Assembly (NCBI GenBank): GCA_964016885.1
Contig: OZ024747.1
Location: forward strand, 37,820,001-37,884,000
Direction of reading: 5' to 3'
Length of the DNA stretch: 64,000 nucleotides
Origin: Eledone cirrhosa
Lineage: Eukaryota
Position numbers and translations under genes: made by a program. Positions 35,681 to 50,104 of this stretch are shown here, piece after piece. The notes under the pieces are model-generated. The model searched no databases, was not told the DNA's origin, and was given only the letters and a program-made list of their open reading frames with translations. The stretch's first letter is position 1; each line of letters starts with the position of its first letter.

Positions 35681-38004
35681 TTTTCTCATTTTATGTTTTG
35701 TAGATAGCCGCCTTTTTTGGTATGAACTTGTTTTTTCAGAACTTTTAAACATTCAAATTTAAATTTAAAATGGCTTACAGTTGTTAATTTATTTTAAAAC
35801 CGAAATCTTATTTAGTGACCCTTATCTGGAGTCTCAATCAGAAATCCATGAATAAAATGAGTTATGTTGCGGTTGGACAGACTATTGCCACGTATTGTTT
35901 TCCCTTTTAAAAGAAAACCTGCACCATAACAAAATACGCCATTGCTAGGTTTCAAGCAACCTTTTCTTCTTCAGAACAAGTCAATTGTGTTGGTCCCAAA
36001 CGCCAATATGCTACTGAATTTGACTAGAAATCGTTCAGAGATATTGCTTATTTAACTTAATGGTAAAGCTTGACTAATCGACAATGTTCGCAGCATTCCT
36101 TGTCTTTATGGTTTCTTTTTGTATATGAGACAGAATTTCAAATATAATCTAGAAGATAGAAACCAAGATCATGTAAAAAGAAAAAAGAAAAAACAAAACA
36201 ATTTCCAATGAAAGACAGCCTTTGTTTTGCAAATAACGTTGAAAATAACGTATTTTGAGGGATTTAGTGATATAACTAACTCGTTCAATATTACCTGGTG
36301 TTTGCAATATGACTGAACAATAGTTTATACATAAAATTACGATGAACATTGTTTTTCATATAAAAACAGTTTTGAATCAATATAATCAGGATGGTTTCAG
36401 GTGACATAGCATAATAACATTTAGTGTTTCTTTTTCATTTTTCTAAAAATAAACATTATTAACAGCGTTTTATTTTGGAATTGCTTAAGCATTTTATATA
36501 ATACATTTGTTAATATAAACGCCGTTTGTTAGTTGCTTCTTATAGGTTTCCAATTACCGGTTGACAATATTTCCGAAGGCGTTAATGTGGAAAGAGGGAA
36601 TGTGAAACGTTGGTGGAGTAAATAGCACAATATACTTTTGTTCGATACCGTTTTATCAACAATCTTGCCGATGTGTATGTGTTTCACCATCACACACATA
36701 CATATACATATAGTTATGGATGTACGTCTGTTTCGATGAGTATTCCAGTTGTTATATTAACAGAACAGTTTGGTCATGAAATTAACGTCTATGAGGCTGA
36801 GTATTTCACAAAAACGAGTACCCTTAACGGCAGATATCTAAACAGTTTCCGTCCACCCAATTTCATTCGCAAGTTATAGATTCACAGAGGCTATGGTAAA
36901 TGACACCCAATGGGGTCGATGATTGTGAAGCGAACAAATGTGAATATCATAATGTTATTGTGAAGCATGCTGGGATGTTTTTTCTTCAGGAGGTATCCTA
37001 CTCCTACATTTTCTTGTGCATTCACTAGATTTCATGTTTTAAACAAAATATGTTTTAAACAAAATATGTTTTAAACAGGATTTTATGTTTTAAACGAAAT
37101 ATGTTTCTTTTACAGCATATTACTGGTAGTTATTTTATAAACTCTAGAGAGATTAAAGGTAAAGATGACCTCATTAATACTAAAAATTATAGGAATCTAG
37201 GGTGAATCTAAAACCTGTGAATTTTGGCGTTGTATAATGTCTTCCAAATTGTTGTCTTAAATAATAATTATCATACACACTAGATCAATAAACTGAGAAA
37301 AATACTGGACATTTAAAGAATGAGAAGTGCCGTCAATGTGTAAAATGACGGAGTTGGGGTAATGGAAGATTACACTTTATCGAAACACTTTACTGAAATG
37401 AATAGCTAGCTATAAGCAGGAAATTAACTTGTATCGTAGACACTATTCACTGCGAGTTAATCTCCTATTTGTTATCATCAAAACACTTGAATATATTTTT
37501 AATAGACAAAAGCAACAACTATTAACTATGACTATATATCTATTCCAAGTTAGAACAATCTATTTTATATAGTAATGGCCGTATACAATCTCAAGAGCTT
37601 AAGCTTCCACAAAGGAAGGCTGTCATATATTGAAGATTCTGATATTGACATACAGTGCTTACGACAAATTGCTTCTTAGCAATAGGTTTTATATAAAATA
37701 GTATTATATATTTTAGAGAAATGAGCATCGGGAGAAAGGATTAAATGTATTTCTATATCCATCATATAAAATATCATAAATCAACCTAAGTTTGCTACAT
37801 GAGCTAACATCAAATATTAAATAGTGTTTCATAGGATAATCGCAGGGCGAATTGGAATTTCTCTCAAGAGTTTAAATATTGTTAGGCTATAAATAAGTGC
37901 AAGTGCATTCCAATAATTTTTGGTGATTAAAAATATGAATTAAAGAAAATTTGTTTGCTCAAAAGCTATTGAAGTCTGACGAGAAAATGCAGTCAAACAT
38001 TTCT

Positions 38005-38653
38005 TTGTTAGTTATGGTGGAAAGAAATGTTAAAAAGCATTTTAGGAACGGCAGAACTTTTACGAATAAAATATTCATAAGGAGACGCATCATGAAAACT
38101 TTGAAAGATGTTTATCGAGAGCAGCCATTTTCATTCTTTTTTTACCATTGAATAAGACACAAAAAGTATTACTGCACACCAGATTAAAAAGAAAGTTTAT
38201 TAAATCAGGAAACAACGGTTACAATTGTTTTAAAACATTGCACCCAGAAACAAAATAATTGTTTCTACTTTAGGCACAAGGCCAGCAATTACCCAATGCA
38301 TTACTGGTACTTGATTTTATCGACCCCGTAAGGATGAAAGGCAAAGTCAACCTCGGCGGGATTTGAACTCAGATAGTAAAGGGACGTAACTATACTGGAA
38401 AGCATGGCGTCCGACCTCTACCGATACTGCCAATCTACCGCCCTACAAAATAATATAAGTCTCTCGCTTATATGAACTAACATTGAACACCCTATATTCA
38501 TGTGTATATTATGGTAAAAAAAGAATGAAAATGGCTGCTCTCGATAAACATCTTTCAAAGTTTTCATGATGCTTCTTCTTATGAATATTTTATTCGTAAA
38601 AGTTCTGCCGTTCCTAAAATGCTTTTTAACATTTCTCTCCACCATAACTAACA
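38005..38653. repeat. ~145-bp inverted repeat pair enclosing a SINE
   Basis: About 38008-38148 is inverted at ~38510-38652; a minus-strand SINE lies at 38256-38443. Confidence 0.85.
38256..38443 (-). mobile_element. Full-length tRNA-derived SINE
   Basis: Reverse complement of the consensus head, core and tail. Confidence 0.9.
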
Positions 38654-38799
38654 CATGAGTTCATTGTCACGCGCATGTATTGTTTCATTTTGGCGGTAAT
38701 TCACTTCCTCATTTTTTGAACTGCTGGACTGGCTACCTGACAGATACCTCAGGCACAGAAAGTGATTATCGGTAAATGCTGATGTTGGTTAGATTATCA

Positions 38800-39120
38800 A
38801 TATTAGTATTATTGGGGCACCCACTGATGAATTATAGGAGCCCACTTGAATATATATCTATTGATGGTATACAAGCTCCTACATAAATTGGTATAATTTC
38901 ACCCAAATTGTAGGAGTCCTATAATGAAACGAGACGTCCGTCTGGGAAGAGATATATTAGATATGTCTCATTTGAAATAATACAGCCAATTTTCCACGCA
39001 ATACTTTTAGTTAGCACCCCGAACACATAATTGGGAATATAATCACTTATTTCCGAATGTTTGTTGAGTGAGTTGGAATTTGGCCGGAGTATCGCTAAAA
39101 AGCTTTCTCCGATATTGTAT
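38800..39120 (+). mobile_element. Diverged solo copy of the 1-kb HHR unit family (3' part)
   Basis: Colinear with the reverse complement of 2631-2960 (TTAGCACCCC.AACAC, ATGTTTGTTGAGTGAG, TATTGTATT end) and followed by (TA)n. Confidence 0.8.
38820..38946 (+). ncRNA. Type I HHR with extended stem II
   Basis: CCCA-CUGAUGA-AUUAUAGGA...UCCUAUAAU-GAAACG-AGACGUC-CGUC-UGGG; 9-bp stem-II base, 3-bp stem III, palindromic GACGUC loop. Confidence 0.85.
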
Positions 39121-39203
39121 TTATATATGTATATATATATTTATATATATCTGTATATATATATATATGTATATATATATATGCATATATGTATATATAT
39201 ATA

Positions 39204-39320
<117 letters not shown>

Positions 39321-39415
39321 AGATATATATGTATATATATATATATGTATATATATATGTATATATATATGTATATATATGTATATATATATATGTATAT
39401 ATATATGTATATATG

Positions 39416-39540
<125 letters not shown>

Positions 39541-39545
39541 GTATT

Positions 39546-41005
39546 GTCCCAGTCCGTTGTCCCAGTCTTCAAAAAAGGAAATAAGTCCCTTGCAGTGAAC
39601 TACCGTCTGATCTCACTCACCTCTCATATTATCAAGGTATTTGAGAGGGTGGTGAGATCACGAATAACCCACTTTCTTGAAAGCAACGGCCTGCTGAACT
39701 CCAACCAACATGGGTTCCGTAATGGAAGGGACTGCCTAACGCAGCTCCTCCATCACTTTGACGATGTTTTGAGAGCCTTGGGAGAGGGCTCCAACACTGA
39801 TGTCATCTACCTTGATTTTAGCAAGGCCTTCGACAGGGTTGATCATAAGCTTCTACTGAAAAAACTACCCAATGTTGGTGTCTCTGGAAGGTTACTACAG
39901 TGGATCAAATGTTTCCTGACAGGCAGAACCCAGCATGTTGTAGTCGAAGGAGTAAAATCAAGCCTGCCAAAGTCAGCAGTGGCGTCCCACAAGGCACTGT
40001 GTTGGGCCCACTTCTTTTCATCATCTACATTAATGACGTTACTGACATCATCAAGCACAGCAACATCAGAATCTTCGCAGATGATTCCAAGCTCCAAACG
40101 GTCATCAATGATGTAGGTGACTGGACTTGTCTTCAGTCAGACCTAATGGGCAGAAATGAATAATATGTTGTTGAATGAGGATAAATTTGAATTAATCCAC
40201 TTTGGAAAAAAGGATGCCCTGAAACTACCATACTCTCTTCCTTCGAGTGAAACTCTAGTGGCACCCAATAACATCAGAGACCTGGGAGTAATTGTGGACA
40301 ACAAAATAAGCTGGGCCACTCATATAAACAGCAAAGTTGATATGGTCCGCAGAATGTGTTCCTGGATTCTTAGAACTTTCCAGTCGAGAGATATCCACAC
40401 TGTTATCCTTCTCTTCTACACTTTTGCCCGACCCCACCTTGAATACTGTTGTCCACTGTGGTCACCCCACATGAAACAAAGTATCATGAAAGTTGAAGCA
40501 CCCCAAAGGTCAATTACAAAAAAGATAGATTGCATGACAGGCCTTGACTATTGGAGTCGATTAGAAACGCCCAAACTTTATTCTCTCCAACGTTGCTGTG
40601 AGCGCTACATTATCTGTATGATGTGGAAAATATTCCATCAGATTTGACCAAATGATGTTGGCATCACCTTTAATGTACACCCAAGAATTGGGCTCCATGC
40701 TATCCGCCCACGACAAAAATCTCACTCAGATCTCATAACAACAATACGGCACAATTATTTCCCCTCAATTGGCCCTGCACTCTTTAACATTACACCAAGA
40801 CACATCAAAGCAGAGACAGACGCCATCAAGTTCAAGAAGTCTTTGGATAAATTTCTTCAAGAAATCCCGGATATGCCTCCGTAAACTAACTCTCTGCTCG
40901 AGTGGGCCTTGGTGCCCAAACACTGATTTGTAAGACTTCGCCAGGTGGTGCTATTAAGTTAGACATGGCCTGGGCCAATACTGGCCGAAACCTATCAAAG
41001 TTATC
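39546..41005 (+). mobile_element. 5'-truncated CR1-like LINE (RT, frameshifted)
   Basis: Motifs [66 protein letters not shown] and RPHLEYC; short tandem tail (TATCAAAGT)2. Confidence 0.9.
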
Positions 41006-41106
41006 AAAGTTATGTATAAATATATCTATATATATATGTATATATATGTATATATATATATGTATATATATATAATTATATATATAATTATATATATATA
41101 TATAAT

Positions 41107-41137
<31 letters not shown>

Positions 41138-41170
41138 GTATATATATATATTCATATATATATGCATATA

Positions 41171-41243
<73 letters not shown>

Positions 41244-41268
41244 GCATATATATATGTATATATATATG

Positions 41269-41301
<33 letters not shown>

Positions 41302-41475
41302 GTATATATATATATGTATATATATGTATATATATATATGTATATATATATGTATATATATGTATATATATATATATGTATATATATATGTATATATATA
41401 TATGTATATATATATGTATATATATATATATGTATATATATATATGTATATAATATGTATATATATATATGTATA

Positions 41476-42350
41476 TATTAAAATACAAATATTAATAAAA
41501 TAAATGTTCTTTTGATCAATTAAATTTTATTATACATATTTCTGAGGTACAGCAGTACCTCCTCATCAGACAAAATATAATGATACATGACATACCCTGA
41601 GATGTTAAATGGTTAAGATTTAATCAAGGTAGTGATTAACCTAAGAGAAAACTCAACATTTATATCCTAATAATGAGAAAATGCGAAAACGTAATAAATT
41701 CAATAGAGAATGTGTGAGTAAGAAAAACGTTGGTTAATGTTACAGCTATAGAGATTTTAAAATGTAGGATACTACAAGTTATGGTTATCTAGGAAAACAT
41801 CTCATGAATTTTAACTGTTTATGAGGGACGCTGAAAGAGGATGTAAAGAGAGGGAACGATAAAGGGGAGTAATATATACAGAAAGAGATTTTTTTCCCTA
41901 AAAGCTAAACGGTTAAGTTTCAAAATATTTAATTTATGTTATTTTAAGGGTGAAGAATCAAGATTTTAGGTTTTTTGAAAAGTTGATGGTTATTTATATT
42001 TATTAATTAAGTTTTTAACATTTCTAAACTTCTGAATTTTATGAGGATAAAATTTACCTGGCCAGCGAAAGGAAAATTTACACTGTTGAACACCTTCCTA
42101 AATGCAATCTTTAACGAAAATTAACTATTAAAATGTCAACATTCTCGGTATGTAATGCTTATGAAGTACTTATTGTTAGAAATATCTAAATGACGATTAG
42201 TTATATGGAGATATATTAAATATTAATGAGCCAGTATATTTTAGGTAAACGATAACGAATATAAAATAATAGATTCAAACATGCTAAAGTTAAATAGATA
42301 CATATATATATATAAAAGGGTGTAAATGCATGAATTATTCACAGTTCAAA
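41476..42350 (-). mobile_element. Copy of the 5811-7997 non-coding PLE-like family
   Basis: Reverse complement of ~7110-7997; HHR at 41524-41576 (CUGAUGA-G-GAGGUAC-UGCU-GUACCUC-A-GAAA-UAUGUA-UA). Confidence 0.85.
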
Positions 42351-42469
42351 ATATATATATATACGTATGTATATATATATATATACACACACATATATAC
42401 ATTAAATTTTATAAAAATGAGGAAATATATAAAAAAATATATAAAAAAATATAAAAAACAATTTCTGGA

Positions 42470-45400
42470 TACTACTCCCCTCCACAATCATCAAATCTCT
42501 CACTGGTACTGCTAAGCTATAGAACATTTTAATAAGTGGGAAGGAATACTAAATACGAGATTGTAGTGAAATAATTTTATGAGGCCATCGTTACAGGGGG
42601 TCTACCACCACTACTATATTTAGTAGTAATCAGCCAATGCTATCTTACAATGACAGGTTAATAAGTTGAGGACCAATATACTAAAAAAACTAATACAAAA
42701 TATTAATTCAGAATACCGAAACTAATACGAAATATTAATTCAGAATCCCGAAACATGAATACTAATACAATATATATGAAAGTACTGCTACAATACATAA
42801 ATTATTATACAATCTACATAAATACTCATACAATATATATAAAAAAAACTAATACAATATATATAGATACTGCTACAATACATAAATTCTAATACAATCT
42901 ACATAAATACTCGTAAAATATATATGAAAAACTAATACGAAATATTAATTCAGAATCCCCCCCAAAATAAATACTAATATACAAGAAACTAAAGCAGAAA
43001 TACCACTAAGAAATCTAGAAATCACGGAAATGAGGCAGCAACCAGAGAAGAAAGCAAGTATCTGGGGTCTAGCACATCTGCTATAAAAAGCGGAATCGGT
43101 CGGCAATTCTATCATACTAAGGCTACAGAGGACCGAAGGGCTGCATCGGGGTGGGCGAGAAGGTTAAAAGAACGACGACAAAGAAGGAGATCTAGAGTGG
43201 AAGGACTAGGAAGAGATGGGGGGAAGAAAGAAATATAGAGGAAACGATAAAAAATATATAAAAAAGAATATATAAAAAAGTTACCTCTACCTTTGTAAGC
43301 AGGGTTACCCCTTACAAAGTCGGCAAGTGGGGTGTCTCATCCCTTGTCTACCCTCTCCGGGTCATTATGGGGTTTGAGAGCGAGGTAAGTCCTACGCAAT
43401 CTGTGTTTGCATGCAGTTACTAGTTCGTCTTTCTTGTTTAGGAGTTGGTCCGTCGAAAACAGCATTTGTAATGTTTCCTCCGACCATAAGTTACACGGAC
43501 GGCGTCCTCCCATGTAAGAGTTGGCTCTGGACAGTAAGCTCCAAGTGAGATTGTAGGTTATATTACTATCTTTGAGGTCCCAGATGTGGCCCGAAAGTGT
43601 AGTGGCGTGACACCGGACCAGGTTTCGGAAAGTATGTTTGTGTTGGTAGAGCCGGGTCTTGAAGTCACAAGCGGTTAATTCTATATAAGCTTTGTTGGAG
43701 GTGTCCGTCCTCACGTTGCACTGGTAGATCACATTACGATCTCTGCATCTGTTGTCGAGGGAGCAAAGGGATCCATCAGGACAGTTACACCTGGTCGGCT
43801 CTCCACTGCTATCTAGGTTATTTCTTCCATAGGGGTTGAGTTTTTTGTTGTAAGAGGAGACGATGTTTTGTGCAAAGTTAGGTGTGGTGATGTAGGAGAG
43901 TTTGATTCTGTTTTTGTTGATTATGTTGTGGTAGCAGTGTTGTAGTGGGAAGTGTTTTTCGATGAGCCTAAAGAAGATTTTCCCGATAGGTGTTGTCACC
44001 TCGGCAATGTGGGGTGGATTGATCCACGTTACGTTGCGTGAGCCTGCTGGTTCCGCTAATGGAAGCTGAACAATAGGATATTTCCTCCCGGAAGCCACTC
44101 CGCTTGAGGGACTGGTTGTAATAAGGCGCATATTCCTCGAATATCTGCTCATTAGCGGACAAACGAGATATGCGGAGGGAGATGTTTTAAACCAGGTTAT
44201 TGGTGATGTTTCTAGGATGGTTCGACCGGCGGTGGATATAGTGCAGGTTGTCGTTTGGTTTCCTGTATGGGTAGTACAGATCGTTATCGAGGTTAAGGGT
44301 AACGTCCATGAAGTTTACTCGGGTTAGGGACGTTTGTAGGGTTATTTTAAATCCCCAGTCGCGGAAGAAGCTGATTAATTGTTTACGGATCCGGTATGTA
44401 CTACTGGGGTTGTACCCTTTGAGGGTAAGGAGCCCATCCTCACGGTACAATCCACCACCGAATGCAGGAAACATATCGGTCAGTTTAAATAGTAGGAATT
44501 ATCCTATAAGATCTGTGACCTCAGCCGAATTAGTCGCGCCCATACTGACGTCGAAGTGGGAGTCGGGAGCTCTCTTTATCCATTTGGAGTTGTCGAAAAG
44601 TAGGACTGTCTTCCTGGCGTGGAGGATGATATTTCTTTCCTGGTCGGTGATGGGCGCGAGTGTCTCGGCAAAGTCCAAGGCGGCCGTAAGGAGTGGTAAG
44701 GTAATTGAAGCATAGTAACCCTCTATGTCAAACTGGATGAATTTTGTCTCTCGTTTGTCATCCATATTGCGGAACCATGAGATTACTTCCTGGGTGTTGA
44801 CCCATAGGGTAAGTCTGGCGTTTTGCTTAACTTTTGGTATAACGCGGTCTAGAATTTTTGTAATGATTATCCCTATGTCGGACTTCGTTGGGTTTATAAG
44901 CCTGATAGATGGTTTACGGCCGAAGTCGGATTTGTGGTCCTTCAGTGTGAAGTAGGGAGTCTGTGGGTCTAGGGGTTCAGTGCGGTCGGCGTCCCCGAGG
45001 CTGGAGGTAATTTGTTGTCCATCTCGATTTATGTCTTCGATGCTTGAGTGGTTAGCCTTTTTATAGGTGGAGTTTAGGCTGGTCCTGATCAGTGTATGGT
45101 ATCTGTCGGGGTTGACGAATTAGAGGTTACCAATTTTATCCGAGTGCACCATGATGTCGTTGGTGTTTTCATACTCTGTTAAATTGCTACGGAGTTTTTG
45201 TAGGAATCTGTTGTGTCTGGGTTTGAATTTAATGCTCTTGACCAGTTGGAAAAGGTCATTCTCGAAGGGTGAGAGCATAGGTTTCGGAGGGGGGGGGGAT
45301 TTGTAGGTATTAAATCCGAATCTCTCCTTGGTATCGAAGTCTTTATTGTCGCAATATCTGTCGTGGAAAAAAGTTCTCCATCTTAGTCTTTTCGCAAAGA

Positions 45401-46279
45401 GGTCGATTTTTTGCGTGAGCATCCGAAGGTAGAGTTTTCTTGGTGGGACTATTCGACGGACCAACTCCTAAGCAAGAAATACGAACTGGTAACTGCATGG
45501 AAACACAGATTGCATACGACTTACCTCGCCCTCAAACCCCATAATGACCGGGGGGGGGGGTAGACAAGGGATGAAACACCTCACTTGCTGACTTCGTAAG
45601 AGGTAACCCCTGCTTACAAAGGTAGACGTAACTTTTTTATATATTTTTTACGTTTCCTCTATATTTCCTTCTTCCCCCCATCCCTTCCTAGTCCTTCCAC
45701 CCCAGATCTCCTTCTTTGTTGTCGTTCTTTACACCTCGCCCACCCCGATGCAGCGCTTCGGTCCTCTGTAGCCTCAGTACCCCCACCCCCTAGATTTTAT
45801 GATAGAATTGGCCGATTCCGCTTTTTATAGCACATGTGCTAGACTTCAGATACTTGCTTTCTTCTCTGGTTGCTGCCCCATTTCCGTGATTTCTAGATTT
45901 CTTAGTGGTATATCTGCTTTAGTTTCTTGTATATTAGTATTTATTTTTTGGGGATTCTGAATTAATATTTCGTATTAGTTTTTCATATATATTGTACGAG
46001 TATTTATGTAGATTGTATTAGAATTTATGTATTGTAGCAGTATTTATATATATCGTATTAGTTTCTTTATATATATTGTATGAGTATTTATGTAGATTTT
46101 ATTAGAATCATATGTCTTAACAACAAACTTTTGACCAATCCTTGTGACAATCACTTTTTCCATATATGGAATTACCCGCTGAGAAGTTCGGCTATTCACT
46201 TACCAGGTTAACATTTTTTATTTAGTACAGAATTAGCCGTCGAAACGGCTTGAGCTCAGCCGTCGGTGTCCTACCTGTT

Positions 46280-46283
<4 letters not shown>
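42470..46283 (-). mobile_element. Near full-length, frameshifted Nematis-like PLE with an inverted 3' arm
   Basis: Motifs KRLRWR, HSDK, FIQFDI..YYASI, FDVSMG, GLYRED, PYRKPN, CNCPD, VIYQC and AYIEL. 45455-46283 is an inverted copy of the 3' end with HHR at 46174-46269. Same family as 22449-24903. Confidence 0.92.
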
Positions 46284-46357
<74 letters not shown>

Positions 46358-46358
<1 letters not shown>

Positions 46359-47407
46359 ATATATATAAAATTAAGTATATGTGTGTGTGTGTGTGTCTGT
46401 GTGTCTGTGTATTACCTATAGGCGCCTACATCTTACGACCGATTTTTATGAAGCTTTACAGTCTCATGGACTAGTCATCGGGAGTGTTTTCCATATATCA
46501 GCGTAAGGTTTTTTTTTTATTCCGGGGTCATTTTGCAGATAAAAATCAATAGAGGGTCACCTTTTTTTAGATAACGAAAAATAAGATTTTTGGCTCTAGC
46601 TCCCACATTTTGCCACCGATTTCGTTCCAACTTTAGAACAAAATACAATTAATCATTGCACATCCTATAATTCCTTTATATCTTGTATTTGTTGTTCAGG
46701 GACGGCGTGGCAGCTGCTTAAGTATTCAAAAATACTACTTTTAGACTCAAATTTCCACTTTTTCGGCTCTAGCTCCCACATTAATCAACCTACTTTGTTC
46801 AAATATTACACTACGCTAGATCTGATTATTTCACGTCTTAAAGTAGCTTTACATTTTGAATCTTTTGTTCAGGAACGGCGTGGCCGCCACTTTAAAATTC
46901 GAAAATACCACCTTTTCGCTCAAATTTCCGCCTTCTCGGCTCTAGCTCCCACATTTTTCAACTGATTTCTTTCTCATTCGAAACTTCAGCTCCACCTTAC
47001 ACATAAATCAATTTATTTGCTCCAACTTTTATACTACGATAGAACCTATCATTAGCTCCCACATTTTTTAATCGATTTTGTTCAAATTCGAAATTTCGGC
47101 TCCACCTTACACATAAATCAATTTATTTGGTTCAACTTTTATACTACGATAGAACCTATCATTGCACATCTTATAGTAGCTTTACACTTTGCATTTTTTG
47201 TTTAGGGACGACGTCGCAGCTGTTTAACTCTTCAAAATACGATTTTTTTCCACCTCCCACATATTCCATACGATTTCACTCAACATTTCGCCATTTGCTA
47301 CACTTTACGACCGATTTTCAAGAAACTCGCAGTCGCTAAGATCAACACCTTTTCATCAAAGCAGATATTATTTTACCTACCCAGGCAACGCTGGGTACTG
47401 CTGCTAG
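46358..47407 (+). mobile_element. Non-autonomous Helitron with internal ~130-170-bp subrepeats
   Basis: TATATATAAAA + (GTCT/GT) head; GGCTCTAGCTCCCACATT recurs; 3' hairpin TACCCAG-GCAACG-CTGGGTA then CTAG^T. Confidence 0.8.
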
Positions 47408-47452
47408 TATAATATATATATATAATATATATATAATATAATATATATATAT

Positions 47453-47637
47453 AATTGTTTCTACTTTTGGCACAAGGCCAGCAATTACCCAGTACATTAC
47501 TGGTACTTTATTTTATCGACCCCGTAAGGATGAAAGGCAAAGTCAACCTCGGCGGGATTTGAACTCAGATCGTAAAGGGACGTAACTATGCTGGAAAGTA
47601 TGGCGTCCGACCCTCTACCGATATTGCCAATCCACCC
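47453..47637 (-). mobile_element. Full-length tRNA-derived SINE
   Basis: Reverse complement of the consensus; inserted in a TA-rich array. Confidence 0.9.
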
Positions 47638-47694
47638 GTTTATATATATATATAATATATATATGTAATATATATATATATATAATATAATATA

Positions 47695-47809
<115 letters not shown>

Positions 47810-47830
47810 TATATATTATATATATATATA

Positions 47831-48395
47831 TTTGTGTACAGTGGTAGCTATGGTGCTTCCGTAGGCGGTAGGCCAAAGTTAGCACTCGATATTCATTAGA
47901 GTAGAGTGTAGATATTATCAAGAAAACGAAAAATCAGTGATGCATCTGGACTTAGTTTATTTCGTGTTACAAATATTTTGCCGGCATGTAGCTCGAGTCA
48001 TGGTCCTTGTATGGATCTAGCTGATTCTACTTCTGCGGGTTCTTTCAGTCACGTCTATTATGTCCGGAGCAAATTTTATCACTGGGGTGTTGTCAACAAA
48101 GCAACCCCTCAAAAAAATTTCTTTCCACTCTTGTCATGCCATTGGCTGTTTTTACTCCACGTCATCACAAGTTCTGGTCAATATCTGCTGCCACACGGTT
48201 CATCAACTATTTTCCGTCCGACATATTTCAATGGAGCCATGCTGGGTTCAGTACTTCACACGTGTCTGAAAGAACCCGCAGAAGTAGAATCAGCCAGATC
48301 CGTACAAGGACCATGACTCGAGCTACATGCCGGCGAAACATTTGTAATACGAAATAAACTAAGTCCAGATGCATCACTGATTTTTCGTTTTCTTG

Positions 48396-48400
<5 letters not shown>
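47831..48400. mobile_element. Fold-back PLE-terminus insertion with an HHR variant in both arms
   Basis: 47914-48054 is inverted at ~48259-48400; HHR at 48261-48351; the left arm has an extra ~80-nt tail; (TA)n flanks. Confidence 0.75.
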
Positions 48401-48463
<63 letters not shown>

Positions 48464-48466
<3 letters not shown>

Positions 48467-48658
48467 CGAGGGAAATGTGGTACTGAACCAGATGGACCAT
48501 AACGCACCAAAGTACTCAATACTTAGGGTAGTAGAGTGGGTAATAGGAACGAGTAGGACCCCGACGGCTGAGCACAAGCCGTTTCGACGGCTAATTTTGC
48601 ACTAAGATTTAGCCGCCGTCGAAACGGCTTGAGCTCAGCCGTCGGGGTCCTACTCGTT

Positions 48659-48662
<4 letters not shown>
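48464..48662. mobile_element. ~200-bp fold-back of the Nematis-like pLTR terminus
   Basis: Long end at 48464-48600 and an inverted short end at 48615-48662, between (TA)n arrays. Confidence 0.85.
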
Positions 48663-48698
<36 letters not shown>

Positions 48699-49616
48699 CT
48701 TTAGGTTTGTTGGTTCACCACTGGATAGAACTGGTCATTCCGTATGGTCAATCTTGGTGCAATATTGTGGAGAATACTCAACGTAGTGCAGTTCACCCGT
48801 CTTCGTTTGTGTAGCTGGTGGCGCGAACACGGAGTTAATTATAAATAAAAATAACAGGAGGCTGGACTGGTGTAAATCCTTGAAAGGTTTATTATACTAT
48901 GATCATTTCAATGACCGGGTTCCATATGAATCCGGTGATATCATCAGGTATTTGAAATATAACAAAGATTATGTAAAAACCATGGGTCCGAAAAATCAGA
49001 GACAGAGAGGACGACTGACCAGCTTGCTGTCTTCACCTCGGCCAGTCACCCTCAAAGTGATGGCAACTCGATCTGCTAATAACCATCTGGTGAGGGGGCG
49101 AAGGCTTATAATGTCCTACCACCTCTCCGTCAAAGAATAAAAAATAAAAAAGGGGAAGAAAGAAAGAAAGAGAGAAGAAAAAAAAAAATAGAAAGAAAGA
49201 ATTCAGCGTAAGGGTCACACTACGGTCATGTTAGAAAACGCCGCGAAAAACGTTATCTAAAGAATCTATATTTTAACAAAGGCATATACAATGGGTGTCT
49301 GTATGGTCTAATGTGTGAACAGAAATTTGGAACGTTAAACTTATTTTACGAGTTATAGGATGAAATTAAATAAAAAAATAATAAATTGAAAATTGGAAAA
49401 TAAATAAAAAAACTATTTAATGAACTTATATATATATATAACATAATATATATATAATATATTTTATATATATATTATATATATATATTGTATATTTTAT
49501 ATATATATTTTATATATATATTTTATATATATATTTTATATATATCGTTCGCTTTATATATATAATATATAATATATATATAATATATTTTATATATATA
49601 TTATATATATATATTG

Positions 49617-49654
<38 letters not shown>

Positions 49655-49708
49655 ATATATATATATAATATATTTTATATATATATTATATATATATATT
49701 GTATATTT

Positions 49709-49781
<73 letters not shown>

Positions 49782-49836
49782 GTGGGAAAGTAAAAAATCG
49801 GAGAATAGACCGTTAAAACATGTTTATTTAAAATAT

Positions 49837-49876
49837 CACCTACGTACGTTTCGCCCAGTTGGGCTTCTCAATGGCA
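49837..49876 (-). ncRNA. Minimal HHR variant (U3-A8 core)
   Basis: UGCC-A-UUGAGAA-GCCC-AACU-GGGC-GAAACG-UA-CGUA-GGUG; palindromic ACGUACGU. Confidence 0.7.
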
Positions 49877-50104
49877 TAAATAATCACAAGTGTTCCTTAT
49901 ATTGCTCGGAAAGAGTTTTTGGGGTTAAATCCACATCAAGGTTCATTGCTCACAAAAATATCTTGTTTTGATTTTGCAGCAGGTCAAGGGAGGTAATTCT
50001 GGCCGGTGTTAGGGCAGTCTTTCCCGGACAAATTTTTATTTATTTTTATTTTTTTACCGCATCCGTTTGTCTGAGGCTGGGTCTGGTATGCAAGGATTGT
50101 TTCA

